The notes under the pieces were generated by a model. That model was not told the DNA's origin and made no database searches. It saw only the letters and a list, made by a program, of their open reading frames with translations. Below, piece after piece: positions 27,201 through 41,400 of a DNA stretch of 64,000 nt (its first letter is position 1; each line of letters starts with the position of its first letter). The position numbers and the translations under genes were made by a program. Source of the DNA: Octopus sinensis (lineage: Eukaryota); assembly GCF_006345805.1 (NCBI RefSeq), contig NC_043002.1, positions 558,001 to 622,000 on the forward strand, written 5' to 3'.

Positions 27201-30200
27201 ACAAAATTGAGATCCTAAAACCAAGGTGCCATGTAAAAAGCACCCAGAATGCCCTGTAGAGTGGTTGGCATCAGAAAGAACATCCAGCCACAAAGACTAA
27301 GTCAGAACAAACGCTGGAACCTGGTCCTGCCCCTAGCCTTGCCAGTTACTGTTGAGCTGTCCAACCCATGCCAGCATGGAAAATGGATGTTAAATGTTAT
27401 GATGATGATATACATGCAATTCAAAATACAAACAATAAAAAACCATAAAATCAATTTTTGTTTTTCAAAATGAAACAAAACTAACAATAAGATGGAATTT
27501 ATTTATTTTTGTATATGATGATGATGATGATGATGATACTTCTACTTTATTTATATTTGTAAAGTTTTCTCCTATTTTAATTGCAAAGTCTTTGATCTGA
27601 TCCTCCCTATGACACCATGAAGACTTTGAAATCATATTTCTGATCCTATAAACTCATCAGCGATAATTAATACCTTCCTAACACCAACCACTTTACAGAG
27701 TGAGTGTTTTTTTCTTTTATGTTGCACTATCACCAGAGTACCATGGCACTACTGTACCCACTCCTAAGCTTTTTATGTGGTACTTTGGGTTTAGGATCTA
27801 AATTCTGTTGTGGTGGGCAATTGTGGGTACAGTAATGTGCCACATATCTCAGTCCTCTGTCAGCTTTGGTGGACACCTACCCGTACGCTAAATTCATCAC
27901 TGTACCAATGGCCTACTCTTACCTTACTAGCAACAGTACCCCTGTACTGTTTCACAAGCCATTCATCTATCCTTCGCTTCCTCACAGACCACCATTACAC
28001 AGTCTATGGTACTCTCTCAAAGGCTTTCTCCAGATTAACAAATGCCAAGTAGAAAGGCTTGCAGATGTCTATGAAAATAGCAGCCGTGTTGCTTTACCAC
28101 AAGACAAAGCTGAACTGCATTTTAACTAGTTTCCTTCTGTTCCTAATTAATTAGGCCATAACTCTACCTGTAATTTTCATCACCTGATCCAGCAATTTGA
28201 TACTTCTAATTACTTTTGTTGCCGTACTGGCACTTGTGCCCTGTGCTAGTAGGGTGCCAAGAGCACCATCCGAGTGTGATCGTCGCCAGAGCGGCTAACT
28301 GGCTTCCATGCCGGTGACACATAAAAGGCACCATTCGAGTGTGATCGTTACCAGCGTCGCCTTACTGGCACCTGTGCCGGCATGTGTAAAAAGATTCGAG
28401 TGAGGTCGTTGCCAGTACCACCTGAGTGGCACATAAAAGCACCCACTACACTCTCGGAGTGGTTGGCATTAGTAAGGGCATCCAACTGTAGAAACTCTGC
28501 CAGATCAAGATTGAAGCCTGGTGCAGCCACCTATCAAAATCATCTAACCCATGCTAGCATGGAAAGCAGATGCTAAATAATGATGATGATGATGATGATA
28601 AGGCATCTCCCTAGCCGTTGTAGCCCTTCCTGAATAACCTGATTAATTATATGAGTGACTAGATTGTATCCAACTCTACTAGATACCTTAAGCATTTTGG
28701 CAGTGACTCTTTGACTCTTTGAATATTATTTCAGTAAGTTTAACGTGGTAGCTTTCATGCCATAAACCATTTACCATTACGGTATGTGCCACTGGCACTG
28801 GTCATAAGTGAAATCGTACTCATGGCTGTTGCTAGTGACACATAGAAAGGCACCGGTTGACAGGCATTAGGAAGAGCATCCAGCCGTAGAAACCATGCTA
28901 GTAGTACACACTTCTGGTTTACTAGTTCCAGTCAAGCTGTCTGACCCATGCCAGCATGGAAAGCACTAAATGATGATGATGATGATGATTTGGTGAGCCC
29001 CATAAGCATGTTCTTATTTTGCTGGTTGGATGGTTCAACAGGATCTGGTTTCCAATGTCTACTTTGGCAAGGTTTCTATTGTTGGATGCCCTTCCTAATG
29101 CCAACCCGGGAGCTTTTTTTCTGACATGAGCTCAAGTGGGGTGACCAAATAACTTGCAGGACAAGGCCTCTTGATAGGGGACATTTGAAATAGTAGCCAC
29201 AAGTGTAATGGGCAGGACTGTTTTACAAGTCTGACTTTGTGTGGACATCCTAGTATGCAGTCCTGCTAATTATATTCACCTTGGACAGTTGTACCGATGA
29301 TCTACTGACAATTACGTAAGTAAGATTGCGTAATTTGTTGATAGTGAAACATGTATACGAATAATCCATATTTTTATTACTTTTTCTTTAGTCTTGCTCG
29401 ATTACATTTTGGTTGTTTTGCTAAATTTTTCTTGAGAACATTTCTTGGTGGTGAGACCGTAGCAGATCTATTTCTAGCATATGGGTGTCCACATAGTGGT
29501 TTCCCTCTAATATATATATTATACAGTTTTACTGAACCTTCAGCTTTTTATGCTAGACCACTGGTGTGAAATCAATGTTAATTAAATTAATACCTAATTT
29601 CTCACCCTTATTTTAAATTTATATATATATACACACCACACACACACACATATATATATATAGATATAATACATATAGGGAGAGTTTACGAAAAAAANNN
29701 NNNNNNNNNNNNNNNNNNNNNNNNNNNNNNNNNNNNNNNNNNNNNNNNNNNNNNNNNNNNNNNNNNNNNNNNNNNNNNNNNNNNNNNNNNNNNNNNNCAC
29801 ACACATCATCATCGTTTAACGTCCGTTTTCCGTGCTAGCATGCGTTGGACAGATAGACCGGGGTCTGGGAAGCCAGGAGGCTGCACCAGGCTCCAGTCTG
29901 ATCTGGCAGTGTTTCTACAGCTGGATGCCCTTCCTAACGCCAACCACTCCGTGAGTGTAGAGGGTGCTATTGACGTGCCACCAATACAGGTGCCATGGGA
30001 GGCTGGTAGCAGCCACAATCAGTTGCTGATTTTTATTTGCCACCAGCACAGAAGCCAGTCAGGGAACCGCTGGCATCGGCCAGGTTCGGATAGTGCTTTT
30101 TACGTGCCACCGGCACAGGTATCACAACTACAATTTCCATTGATATTTATTTTGATATTGATAATGATGTACTTGACTCAATAGGTCTCCTTAAGCAAAG

Positions 30201-33200
30201 CAGGTCACTCTACGATCCAAGGTAAGCACAGCAGGTCATTCTGCAAACCAAGGTACTTTGGATGGGGCGGTGCTATGCAAAACTGGTGCAGGAGGCAGCC
30301 ATGAACTCACATTATTTGTCAGGTCTTTGCAGTCACAGCATATCTCCAGAGATCTCGGTCTTTCGTCATTACCTCTGTGAGGCCCAGCATTCGAAGGTCA
30401 TGCTTCACGACCTCATCCCATGTCTTCCCGAGTCTTCCTCTACCCTAGATTCCTTTCACTGTTTGGGAGTGGCACTTCTTCACACAGCTCTCCTCGTCCC
30501 TCCACAGTACATGACCATATCAATGCAAACATCTCTCTTGCATGCCACATCTGATGCTTCTTATGTCCAGTATTTCTCTCAGGGCGCTTACACTCTGTTG
30601 TGTGTGCACACTGACATTACACATCCAGCAGATCATGCTAGCTTCATTTCTTTCAAGCCTACCTTTCACTCTGAGCGAGAGACCCTTTGTCACCAGTAGG
30701 GGTGAGAGCTTTCTAAACTTTGCCCAGGCTATTCGTATTCCAGTGATGACACTCTCTGAGCAACCACCCCAATTACTAACTTGGTTACCTAGGTAGCGGA
30801 AACTATCAACTACTTGCTTCTGTACAGTTGTGTTATGCAAAATCTACTCACAAGGCACTGGTCAGCTAAAGGCTAGAGCAGGAGACACTGGCCTAAGACA
30901 TTACAAAATGGAGCTGAACCCGAGAACACAGGGTTGCAAAGTAAGTTACTTAAACACAGAGCCATACCTGTGTCTAACCAGATACAAACAGATGTGTGTT
31001 TGTGTGTGTGTGTGCATGTACATGTGTGTGAATGATTGTGAACAGACATTAAATGGCAATGATGATGATGATTTTACAATTCTCAGAAATGGTGTTATTT
31101 GCTTACCATTCAACATAAACAGAATGGGAGGGGACCTTACTTTGCCATTAAACCTGTGATGATGGGTGACAGAAAGTGTAAAATGCTGAATGAATGTCTA
31201 CCTTAATTAAATCTTGTCTGACCGATGCAAGCATGGAAATGATGAGAAATATAAAGACTATCAGCCTGGATGAGTTAATTAAAGTAATCGTTAGCTTTTG
31301 TTACCCAGAAGATGTAACGAGGAGGGAAAATGGCTGATATGAAAATATAGTAGCCATGTAAAAAACAGGTTGGATAAAGTTCAGCAAACTACTACGATTG
31401 CAAGTAACAAAGATTTTTTTCATTCAAAGTGAAAGTCAGATTGTATGGAAGTCGGGTTCGAATTGCAATGCTGCAGTCATGAAACATGGGCCTTGAATGC
31501 AGACAACTTAAGAAGACTGGAAAGAAATAAAGTTGACATGTTTTCTGGGATGTGCAAAGTATGGCAGAAGAAAATGCTGCTATTGGACATGTAACAAATA
31601 AATGGGTGAAGACAGCGATATAAAAAGGGGACAAAAATTTATGCAGATAGAACATGTGGAAGAGGGAGACCCAGAAAGTCATAAGATGTAGTTGTCATCA
31701 CTGATGACAGGATCTGGAACTTGGTGGAGGAGATGACAAACACCAGGAGGATTCGTAGGATTGGATTCTCAAAAAGGCAAACCAAACTCAACTCATGTAA
31801 CGTGCATGTATATATACATATACACAAACATTGGTATGTATATATATTTGTCCAACTGGGCCCTTTGCCTAATTGATTCCCCTACACAGCCCCAATACAC
31901 TCCATCTCTTCACTAATTTTCCTCTCCATCAGAAACATTTCCCTCCATAGCCATCGCTCACCCTTAATACTCTCCTCTCCACTCCTATTTTACATGGTCA
32001 ACCTCCCCAATGAGCCACTAAATAATATCACCTTCCTCACCGACAGATCTCTTCCGCTCACTCTCCTCTCTCTCTCCGCCTACCACTCTCTTCCCTCACA
32101 CACTCTTGAAACCTATCCAACCATTCATCATCATCTATGCCCCTCCTCCTCCCATTCTCATACACCTTTCTTCTTCCTTCTGCATCACCATTATGAATCT
32201 ACACGCCATCATCATTGGTCACCCCGTCACTCTTTATCCAACCCTCAACCCTAACCAATTTCTACACTTGTCACCCACACTTCCCAATTTATTATCCACT
32301 CAACACTGTTGTTCAATCATTATATTCTCACCCATTCTCCATTTCTCACTCTCTTATACACTCTTGCCACATCCACCACAGACACTTCTACACCTTCTGA
32401 ACCCTTTCTACTCGACTCGTACTTTGTAGATGATCGACCAAGGCACCTCATCACTGCAATTTTCATCTCTACCTTAATCGTGTTTACCCTATCCTCATCT
32501 CATGAAACAGGAGAACTTACATAACCCCTTGTCACATGCTCTGCTCTCGCACCTTCTCTCATACTTGAACCCTTCATCTCCTTATACAAATCTGACCCTT
32601 ACAGGCTTAGTAGTCTTGGGACTGTAAAAAGCACCCAGACCACGTTGTAATCGGGTTAGTGCTTAGAAAGGCTTCCAGCAAAGGAAACTATGCCAAAGAG
32701 GCAACATGGCACAAACATGTCCTACTACTCATAGGATATTTTCAAGCCGTTCAATTAAAACCAACATGGAGCATGTAGGTTAAATACCATTGAAGATAAA
32801 TATGATGATCTTGCATGAACATCTTTTACTAACCTGTACAGTTAAAACCATTTCCAATATATCCAGCTTTACAGCTACAGTTGAAAGTACCAGCAACATT
32901 CATACAGCTAGCCTCAGGTGCACAGTTGCTCAGAGCTGCATTACTGCATTCATCAATGTCTGCAAGTTGAAACAAGCAAAATTTGAATTAAATACAGAGA
33001 GCAGCAGAGTTTGGAAATTAACAAGCAGCATAGAGAGTAGAAGCTCGAGGGACTTAAGAAGACAGGAACACATTGATAATAATATACTTTAGATAAAATG
33101 TAGCATTAATACATTATATTCTTAAATGAGGCAACATTATCAGAAAGAAATCCGCAGTGTATTTGTTGTACCAACCTGCACAATTGACTCCGTCTCCAGT

Positions 33201-36200
33201 AAAGCCTTCCCTACAAGTACAGTTGAAGCCAGGAACAAAGTTGTGACATGTTGCATATTGTGAACAGTTGTGGAGTGAATTCGTACATTCATTTAAATCT
33301 GGAAATTGAAACAACAAAAATAAGGCTCAATCGTAATTCAAGAAGAACCGAAACCACAGCAACATAATTAATTCAGAATGGACAAATGAGAGATTGTAAT
33401 CTGCCTGATGGACGAAATGACGGGATTTAGTTAGAAAAGCTTACAACAGAGGTTGTATCTTTTGATCCTAATTCTAAATGAATTATTCTAAAATTACATC
33501 AGCAATCATTGGAATGGTCAACAAAAATGGATGTTCTGTGTCCTTTTGCCATTTTATGTACGGACTTTGAATGTAGGAGACTCTTATGCACCACACAAGT
33601 ATCAATTCTGCTATGGTTGAGGGGTCTTCTTTCCATAACGCAAGGCACCATATATTTCGATCCTGTGGTAGACAAAGTAAGGCGTCACATACCTCAGTTC
33701 TCTATATTTATATATTTGTCCAACTGGGCCCTTTGCCTAATTGATTCCCCTACACAGCCCCAATACACTCCATCTCTTCACTAATTTTCCTCTCCATCAG
33801 AAACATTTCCCTCCATAGCCATCGCTCACCCTTAATACTCTCCTCTCCACTCCTATTTTACATGGTCAACCTCCCCAATGAGCCACTAAATAATATCACC
33901 TTCCTCACCGACAGATCTCTTCCGCTCACTCTCCCTCTCTCTCTCCGCCTACCACTCTCTTCCCTCACACACTCTTGAAACCTATCCAACCATTCATCAT
34001 CATCTATGCCCCTCCTCCTCCCATTCTCATACACCTTTCTTCTTCCTTCTGCATCACCATTATGAATCTACACGCCATCATCATTGGTCACCCCGTCACC
34101 CTTTATCCAACCCTCAACCCTAACCAATTTCTACACTTGTCACCCACACTTCCCAATTTATTATCCACTCAACACTTGTTGTTCAATCATTATATTCTCA
34201 CCCATTCTCCATTTCTCACTCTCTTATACACTCTTGCCACATCCACCACAGACACTTCTACACCTTCTGAACCCTTTCTACTCGACTCGTACTTTGTAGA
34301 TGATCGACCAAGGCACCTCATCACTGCAATTTTCATCTCTACCTTAATCGTGTTTACCCTATCCTCATCTCATGAAACAGGAGAACTTACATAACCCCTT
34401 GTCACATGCTCTGCTCTCGCACCTTCTCTCATACTTGAACCCTTCATCTCCTTATACAAATCTGACCCTTACAGGCTTAGTAGTCTTGGGACTGTAAAAA
34501 GCACCCAGACCACGTTGTAATCGGGTTAGTGCTTAGAAAGGCTTCCAGCAAAGGAAACTATGCCAAAGAGGCAACATGGCACAAACATGTCCTACTACTC
34601 ATAGGATATTTTCAAGCCGTTCAATTAAAACCAACATGGAGCATGTAGGTTAAATACCATTGAAGATAAATATGATGATCTTGCATGAACATCTTTTACT
34701 AACCTGTACAGTTAAAACCATTTCCAATATATCCAGCTTTACAGCTACAGTTGAAAGTACCAGCAACATTCATACAGCTAGCCTCAGGTGCACAGTTGCT
34801 CAGAGCTGCATTACTGCATTCATCAATGTCTGCAAGTTGAAACAAGCAAAATTTGAATTAAATACAGAGAGCAGCAGAGTTTGGAAATTAACAAGCAGCA
34901 TAGAGAGTAGAAGCTCGAGGGACTTAAGAAGACAGGAAACACATTGATAATAATATACTTTAGATAAAATGTAGCATTAATACATTATATTCTTAAATGA
35001 GGCAACATTATCAGAAAGAAATCCGCAGTGTATTTGTTGTACCAACCTGCACAATTGACTCCGTCTCCAGTAAAGCCTTCCCTACAAGTACAGTTGAAGC
35101 CAGGAACAAAGTTGTGACATGTTGCATATTGTGAACAGTTGTGGAGTGAATTCGTACATTCATTTAAATCTGGAAATTGAAACAACAAAAATAAGGCTCA
35201 ATCGTAATTCAAGAAGAACCGAAACCACAGCAACATAATTAATTCAGAAATGGACAAATGAGAGATTGTAATCTGCCTGATGGACGAAATGACGGGATTT
35301 AGTTAGAAAAGCTTACAACAGAGGTTGTATCTTTTGATCCTAATTCTAAATGAATTATTCTAAAATTACATCAGCAATCATTGGAATGGTCAACAAAAAT
35401 GGATGTTCTGTGTCCTTTTGCCATTTTATGTACGGACTTTGAATGTAGGAGACTTTTATGCACCACACAAGTATCAATTCTGCTATGGTTGAGGGGTCTT
35501 CTTTCCATAACGCAAGGCACCATATATTTCGATCCTGTGGTAGACAAAGTAAGGCGTCACATACCTCAGTTCTCTATATTTATATATATTTGTCCAACTG
35601 GGCCCTTTGCCTAATTGATTCCCCTACACAGCCCCAATACACTCCATCTCTTCACTAATTTTCCTCTCCATCAGAAACATTTCCCTCCATAGCCATCGCT
35701 CACCCTTAATACTCTCCTCTCCACTCCTATTTTACATGGTCAACCTCCCCAATGAGCCACTAAATAATATCACCTTCGTCACCGACAGATCTCTTCCGCT
35801 CACTCTCCCTCTCTCTCTCCGCCTACCACTCTCTTCCCTCACACACTCTTGAAACCTATCCAACCATTCATCATCATCTATGCCCCTCCTCCTCCCATTC
35901 TCATACACCTTTCTTCTTCCTTCTGCATCACCATTATGAATCTACACGCCATCATCATTGGTCACCCCGTCACCCTTTATCCAACCCTCAACCCTAACCA
36001 ATTTCTACACTTGTCACCCACACTTCCCAATTTATTATCCACTCAACACCTGTTGTTCAATCATTATATTCTCACCCATTCTCCATTTCTCACTCTCTTA
36101 TACACTCTTGCCACATCCACCACAGACACTTCTACACCTTCTGAACCCTTTCTACTCGACTCGTACTTTGTAGAAGATCTACCAAGGCACCTCATCACTG

Positions 36201-38448
36201 CAATTTTCATCTCTACCTTAATCGTGTTTACCCTATCCTCATCTCATGAAACAGGAGTACTTACATAACCTCTTGTCACATGCTCTGCTCTCGCACCTTC
36301 TCTCATACTTGAACCCTTCATCTCCTTATACAAATCTGACCCTTACAGGCTTAGTAGCCTTGGGACTGTAAAAAGCACCCAGACCACATTGTAATCGGGT
36401 TAGTGCAATTTGGGAAACTTCAGCGGTCTGACTTGCCAGGAAGGAACGTCGGACTGCTGAACGGGAATACAAGTTGCATAAATCAGACACCAACAGGAAA
36501 AAGCGGAATAAATCTTCCAACCATCTCAAGCAAGTGACATAAAAAGCAGTGCTTGAATTTGAACAATGCATAGCAGCCAATCCTGACAGCAAAGTTTTCT
36601 GGAAATATGTGCATTCGAAGCAGAGACCTCACTCTCCAGTGGGCCCTCTTCGCAACCCTCACACAAACCAGATCACTAACGATCCCAAGGAATGCGTAGA
36701 ACTCATTGCCGAGTGCTATGCAAGCATATTCACTGTTGAAAATCAAAGTTTACCATCTTCACCATCTCTAACAGCAAATTCCATAACAACTAGGGAATTT
36801 ACACCAGCAATGCTGCGACGTCGCCTTCAAAATAAGCGCAACTATGCCTCCCCTCGTCTTCATGGAGTTACATACCTGCTTCTCAAACGTGGCAGGTACT
36901 TCCTTTTACACCAGCTTTCTATTTTTTACCAATACTGTCTCAACAATGGTGCTACTCCGGAGCAGTGGAAAACCGCCAGTGTCATTCCTCTGTTCAAAAA
37001 GGGCGACCGCACATCACCTGTCAACTATCGCCCAGTCAGTCTCACTAGCTGTATTGCAAAACTGATGGAATCGTGTGTCAGAGAAACACTTTGGAACTTC
37101 TGGAGCTCTCACAGTCTCATCCGACCCTCACAATATGGATTTGTCCCTAACTCCAGCTGCAGTGATCAGCTTGTCGAGTTCCTTGAGGACATTACTCAGA
37201 TCACTGACAGTGGCTCATGGGTGGATGTTGTCTACCTTGACTTTGCTAAGGCTTTCAACTCTGTGCCATACAAAAGGCTTATGGTGAAACTCTCTGCAAT
37301 GGGTGTGAGGGATGATCTTTTTAACTGGTTGAAATCCTTCGTTCTCAGCCGAAAGGAGGTAGTCACAGTTCTAGGACAGCATTCTACACCATATGAGATG
37401 TCATCGGGTGTACCACAGGGATCTGTTCTTGGTCCCCTCTTGTTTGTGGCATACATTAATGACATAGATGCCAATTTAAAGAATGCCACAGTATTGAAAT
37501 ATGCAGACGACATCAAGCTGTACCTTGAAATCAAGAGGACAGATCCTGATGTCTACAACTCTTTCCTGCAATCAGACCTGGACACAATGCAGCAATGGAT
37601 CACAGACTGGCAACTGAAACTGGCTGTGGACAAGTGTACCACCATGCATTTTGGGAGAAAAAACCCTGTGTCCACATACTCCCTCCAAAACACTGATATC
37701 AAGAAATCCTTTTGCAAGCGTGACCTAGGCGTCACTGTCAGCAGTGATTTGCGTTGGACAGAGCATATCTCTAAAATTGTCAAGAAAGCCGAGGGTGTCT
37801 TGGCATCACTCAGCAAGACTTTTGTTAGCCGCTCTCCAGCCATCAATTTAAAGCTGCATACAGCTATGGTACGACCACACTTGGAATTCGCATCATCAGT
37901 TTGGAACCCCTATCTTGCTCCGAACATTGACCTCCTGGAATCTGTTCAGAGACGTGCAACCAAACGCATACCCTCCATCAGACACCTACCATATTCTGAG
38001 CGCCTTGTTTCCCTGGGCATGGATTCACTTAAGCTCCAGTGTCTGGCGATGGACTTGGTAAACACCCACAAAGTTAGCAACCAACTCACCAACAACACTG
38101 AACACCTTTTTGATCTCCATGTGTCCAACACCCGTGGACATATTTACAAAGTCAGAAAACAGCACAGCTCCCTTGACTTTCAGAAACATTTTTTCACGCT
38201 CAGAGTTGCAGAAGCATGGAACAAACTGCCTGCATCAGTTGTTGACTGCCATGACACTGCATCCTTTAAGGCCCTCATGCTTTCCGAAATCTGCCGAAAC
38301 TACACCTGATTGTCCCCCTTCCATACTCATACACGTATGTGTATGTCATGACTCATGCACTGTTCTTTTCCTGACGCTTGCACATTACCCTATGTACTAA
38401 ACATACACTTTAGATGAGTTGTAGTGCACCTGAGCACTGTACGCAATG

Positions 38449-38481
<33 letters not shown>

Positions 38482-41400
38482 AGGCTTCCAGCCAAGGAAA
38501 CTATGCCAAAGAGGCAACATGGCACAAACATGTCCTACTACTCATACGATATTTTCAAGTCGTTCAATTAAAACCAACATGGAGCATGTAGATTAAATAC
38601 CGTTGAAGATAAATATGATGATCTTGCATGAACATCTTTTACTAACCTGTACAGTTAAAACCATTTCCAATATATCCAGCTTTACAGCTACAGTTGAAAG
38701 TACCAGCAACATTCAAACAGCTAGCCTCAGGTGCACAGTTGCTCAGAGCTGCATTACTGCATTCATCAATGTCTGCAAGTTGAAACAAGCAAAATTTGAA
38801 TTAAATACAGAGAGCAGCAGAGTTTGGAAATTAACAAGCAGCATAGAGAGTAGAAGCTCGAGGGACTTAAGAAGACAGGAACACATTGATAATAATATAC
38901 TTTAGATAAAATGTAGCATTAATACATTATATTCTTAAATGAGGCAACATTATCAGAAAGAAATCCTCAGTGTATTTGTTGTACCAACCTGCACAATTGA
39001 CTCCGTCTCCAGTAAAGCCTTCCCTACAAGTACAGTTAAAGCCAGGAACAAGTTGTGACATGTTGCATATTGTGAACAGTTGTGGAGTGAATTCGTACAT
39101 TCATTTAAATCTGGAAATTGAAACAACAAAAATAAGGCTCAATCGTAATTCAAGAAGAACCGAAACCACAGCAACATAATAATTCAGAAATGGACAAATG
39201 AGAGATTGTAATCTGCCTGATGGACGAAATGACGGGATTTAGTTAGAAAAGCTTACAACAGAGGTTGTATCTTTTGATCCTAATTCTAAATGAATTATTC
39301 TAAAATTACATCAGCAATCATTGGAATGGTCAACAAAAATGGATGTTCTGTGTCCTTTTGCCATTTTATGTACGGACTTTGAATGTAGGAGACTTTTATG
39401 CACCACACTAGTATCAATTCTGCTATGGTTGAGGGGTCTTCTTTCCATAACGCAAGGCGCCATATATTTCAATCCTGTGGTAGACAAAGTAAGGCGTCAC
39501 ATACCTCAGTTCTCTATATTTATATATATTTGTCCAACTGGGCCATTTGCCTAATTGATTCCCCTACACAGCCCCAATACACTCCATCTCTTCACTAATT
39601 TTCCTCTCCATCAGAAACATTTCCCTCCATAGCCATCGCTCATCCTTAATACTCTCCTCTCCACTCCTATTTTACATGGTCAACCTCCCCAATGAGCCAC
39701 TAAATAATATCACCTTCCTCACCGACAGATCTCTTCCGCTCACTCTCCCTCTCTCTCTCCGCCTACCACTCTCTTCCCTCACACACTCTTGAAACCTATC
39801 CAACCATTCATCATCATCTATGCCCCTCCTCCTCCCATTCTCATACACCTTTCTTCTTCCTTCTGCATCACCATTATGAATCTACACGCCATCATCATTG
39901 GTCACCCCGTCACTCTTTATCCAACCCTCAACCCTAACCAATTTCTACACTTGTCACCCACACTTCCCAATTTATTATCCACTCAACACCTGTTGTTCAA
40001 TCATTATATTCTCACCCATTCTCCATTTCTCACTCTCTTATACACTCTTGCCACATCCACCACAGACACTTCTACACCTTCTGAACCCTTTCTACTCGAC
40101 TCGTACTTTGTAGATGATCGACCAAGGCACCTCATCACTGCAATTTTCATCTCTACCTTAATCGTGTTTACCCTATCCTCATCTCATGAAACAGGAGTAC
40201 TTACATAACCCCTTGTCACATGCTCTGCTCTCACACCTTCTCTCATACTTGAACCCTTCATCTCCTTATACAAATCTGTGGGACTGTAAAAAGCACCCAG
40301 ACCACGTTGTAATCGGGTTAGTGTTTAGAAAGGCTTCGAGCAAAGGAAACTATGCCAAAGAGGCAACATGGCTAGCCTCAAGTGCCCAGTTGCTCAGAGT
40401 TGCATTACTGCATTCATCAATGTCTGCAAGTTGAAACAAGCAAAATTTGAATTAAATACAGAGAGCAGCAGAGTTTGGAAATTAACAAGCAGCATAGAGA
40501 GTAGAAGCTCGAGGGACTTAAGAAGACAGGAAACACATTGATAATAATATACTTTAGATAAAATGTAGCATTAATACATTATATTCTTAAATGAGGCAAC
40601 ATTATCAGAAAGAAATCCGCAGTGTATTTGTTGTACCAACCTGCACAATGACTCCGTCTCCAGTAAAGCCTTCCCTACAAGTACAGTTGAAGCCAGGAAC
40701 AAAGTTGTGACATGTTGCATATTGTGAACAGTTGTGGAGTGAATTCGTACATTCATTTAAATCTGGAAATTGAAACAACAAAAATAAGGCTCAATCGTAA
40801 TTCAAGAAGAACCGAAACCACAGCAACATAATTAATTCAGAAATGGACAAATGAGAGATTGTAATCTGCCTGATGGACGAAATGACAGGATTTAGTTAGA
40901 AAAGCTTACAACAGAGGTTGTATCTTTTGATCCTAATTCTAAATGAATTATTCTAAAATTACATCAGCAATCATTGGAATGGTCAACAAAAATGGATGTT
41001 CTGTGTCCTTTTGCCATTTTATGTACGGACTTTGAATGTAGGAGACTTTTATGCACCACACTAGTATCAATTCTGCTATGGTTGAGGGGTCTTCTTTCCA
41101 TAACGCAAGGCGCCATATATTTCGATCCTGTGGTAGACAAAGTAAGGCGTCACATACCTCAGTTCTCTATATTTATATATATTTGTCCAACTGGGCCCTT
41201 TGCCTAATTGATTCCCCTACACAGCCCCAATACACTCCATCTCTTCACTAATTTTCCTCTCCATCAGAAACATTTCCCTCCATAGCCATCGCTCATCCTT
41301 AATACTCTCCTCTCCACTCCTATTTTACATGGTCAACCTCCCCAATGAGCCACTAAATAATATCACCTTCCTCACCGACAGATCTCTTCCGCTCACTCTC

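Noticed and set aside
29300-29360. Hairpin plus GAAACATGTA as a hammerhead
   Set aside because: The core is CUGACAA, spacing is wrong and there is no stem I.
31994-32524. His/Leu/Pro-rich ORFs repeated in every array unit
   Set aside because: They arise from a CT-rich low-complexity block, are broken by indels between units and have no domain signature.
33405-33425. ctgatggacgaaa in each array unit as a hammerhead
   Set aside because: The core is not CUGANGA, and there is no stem II or stem I pairing.
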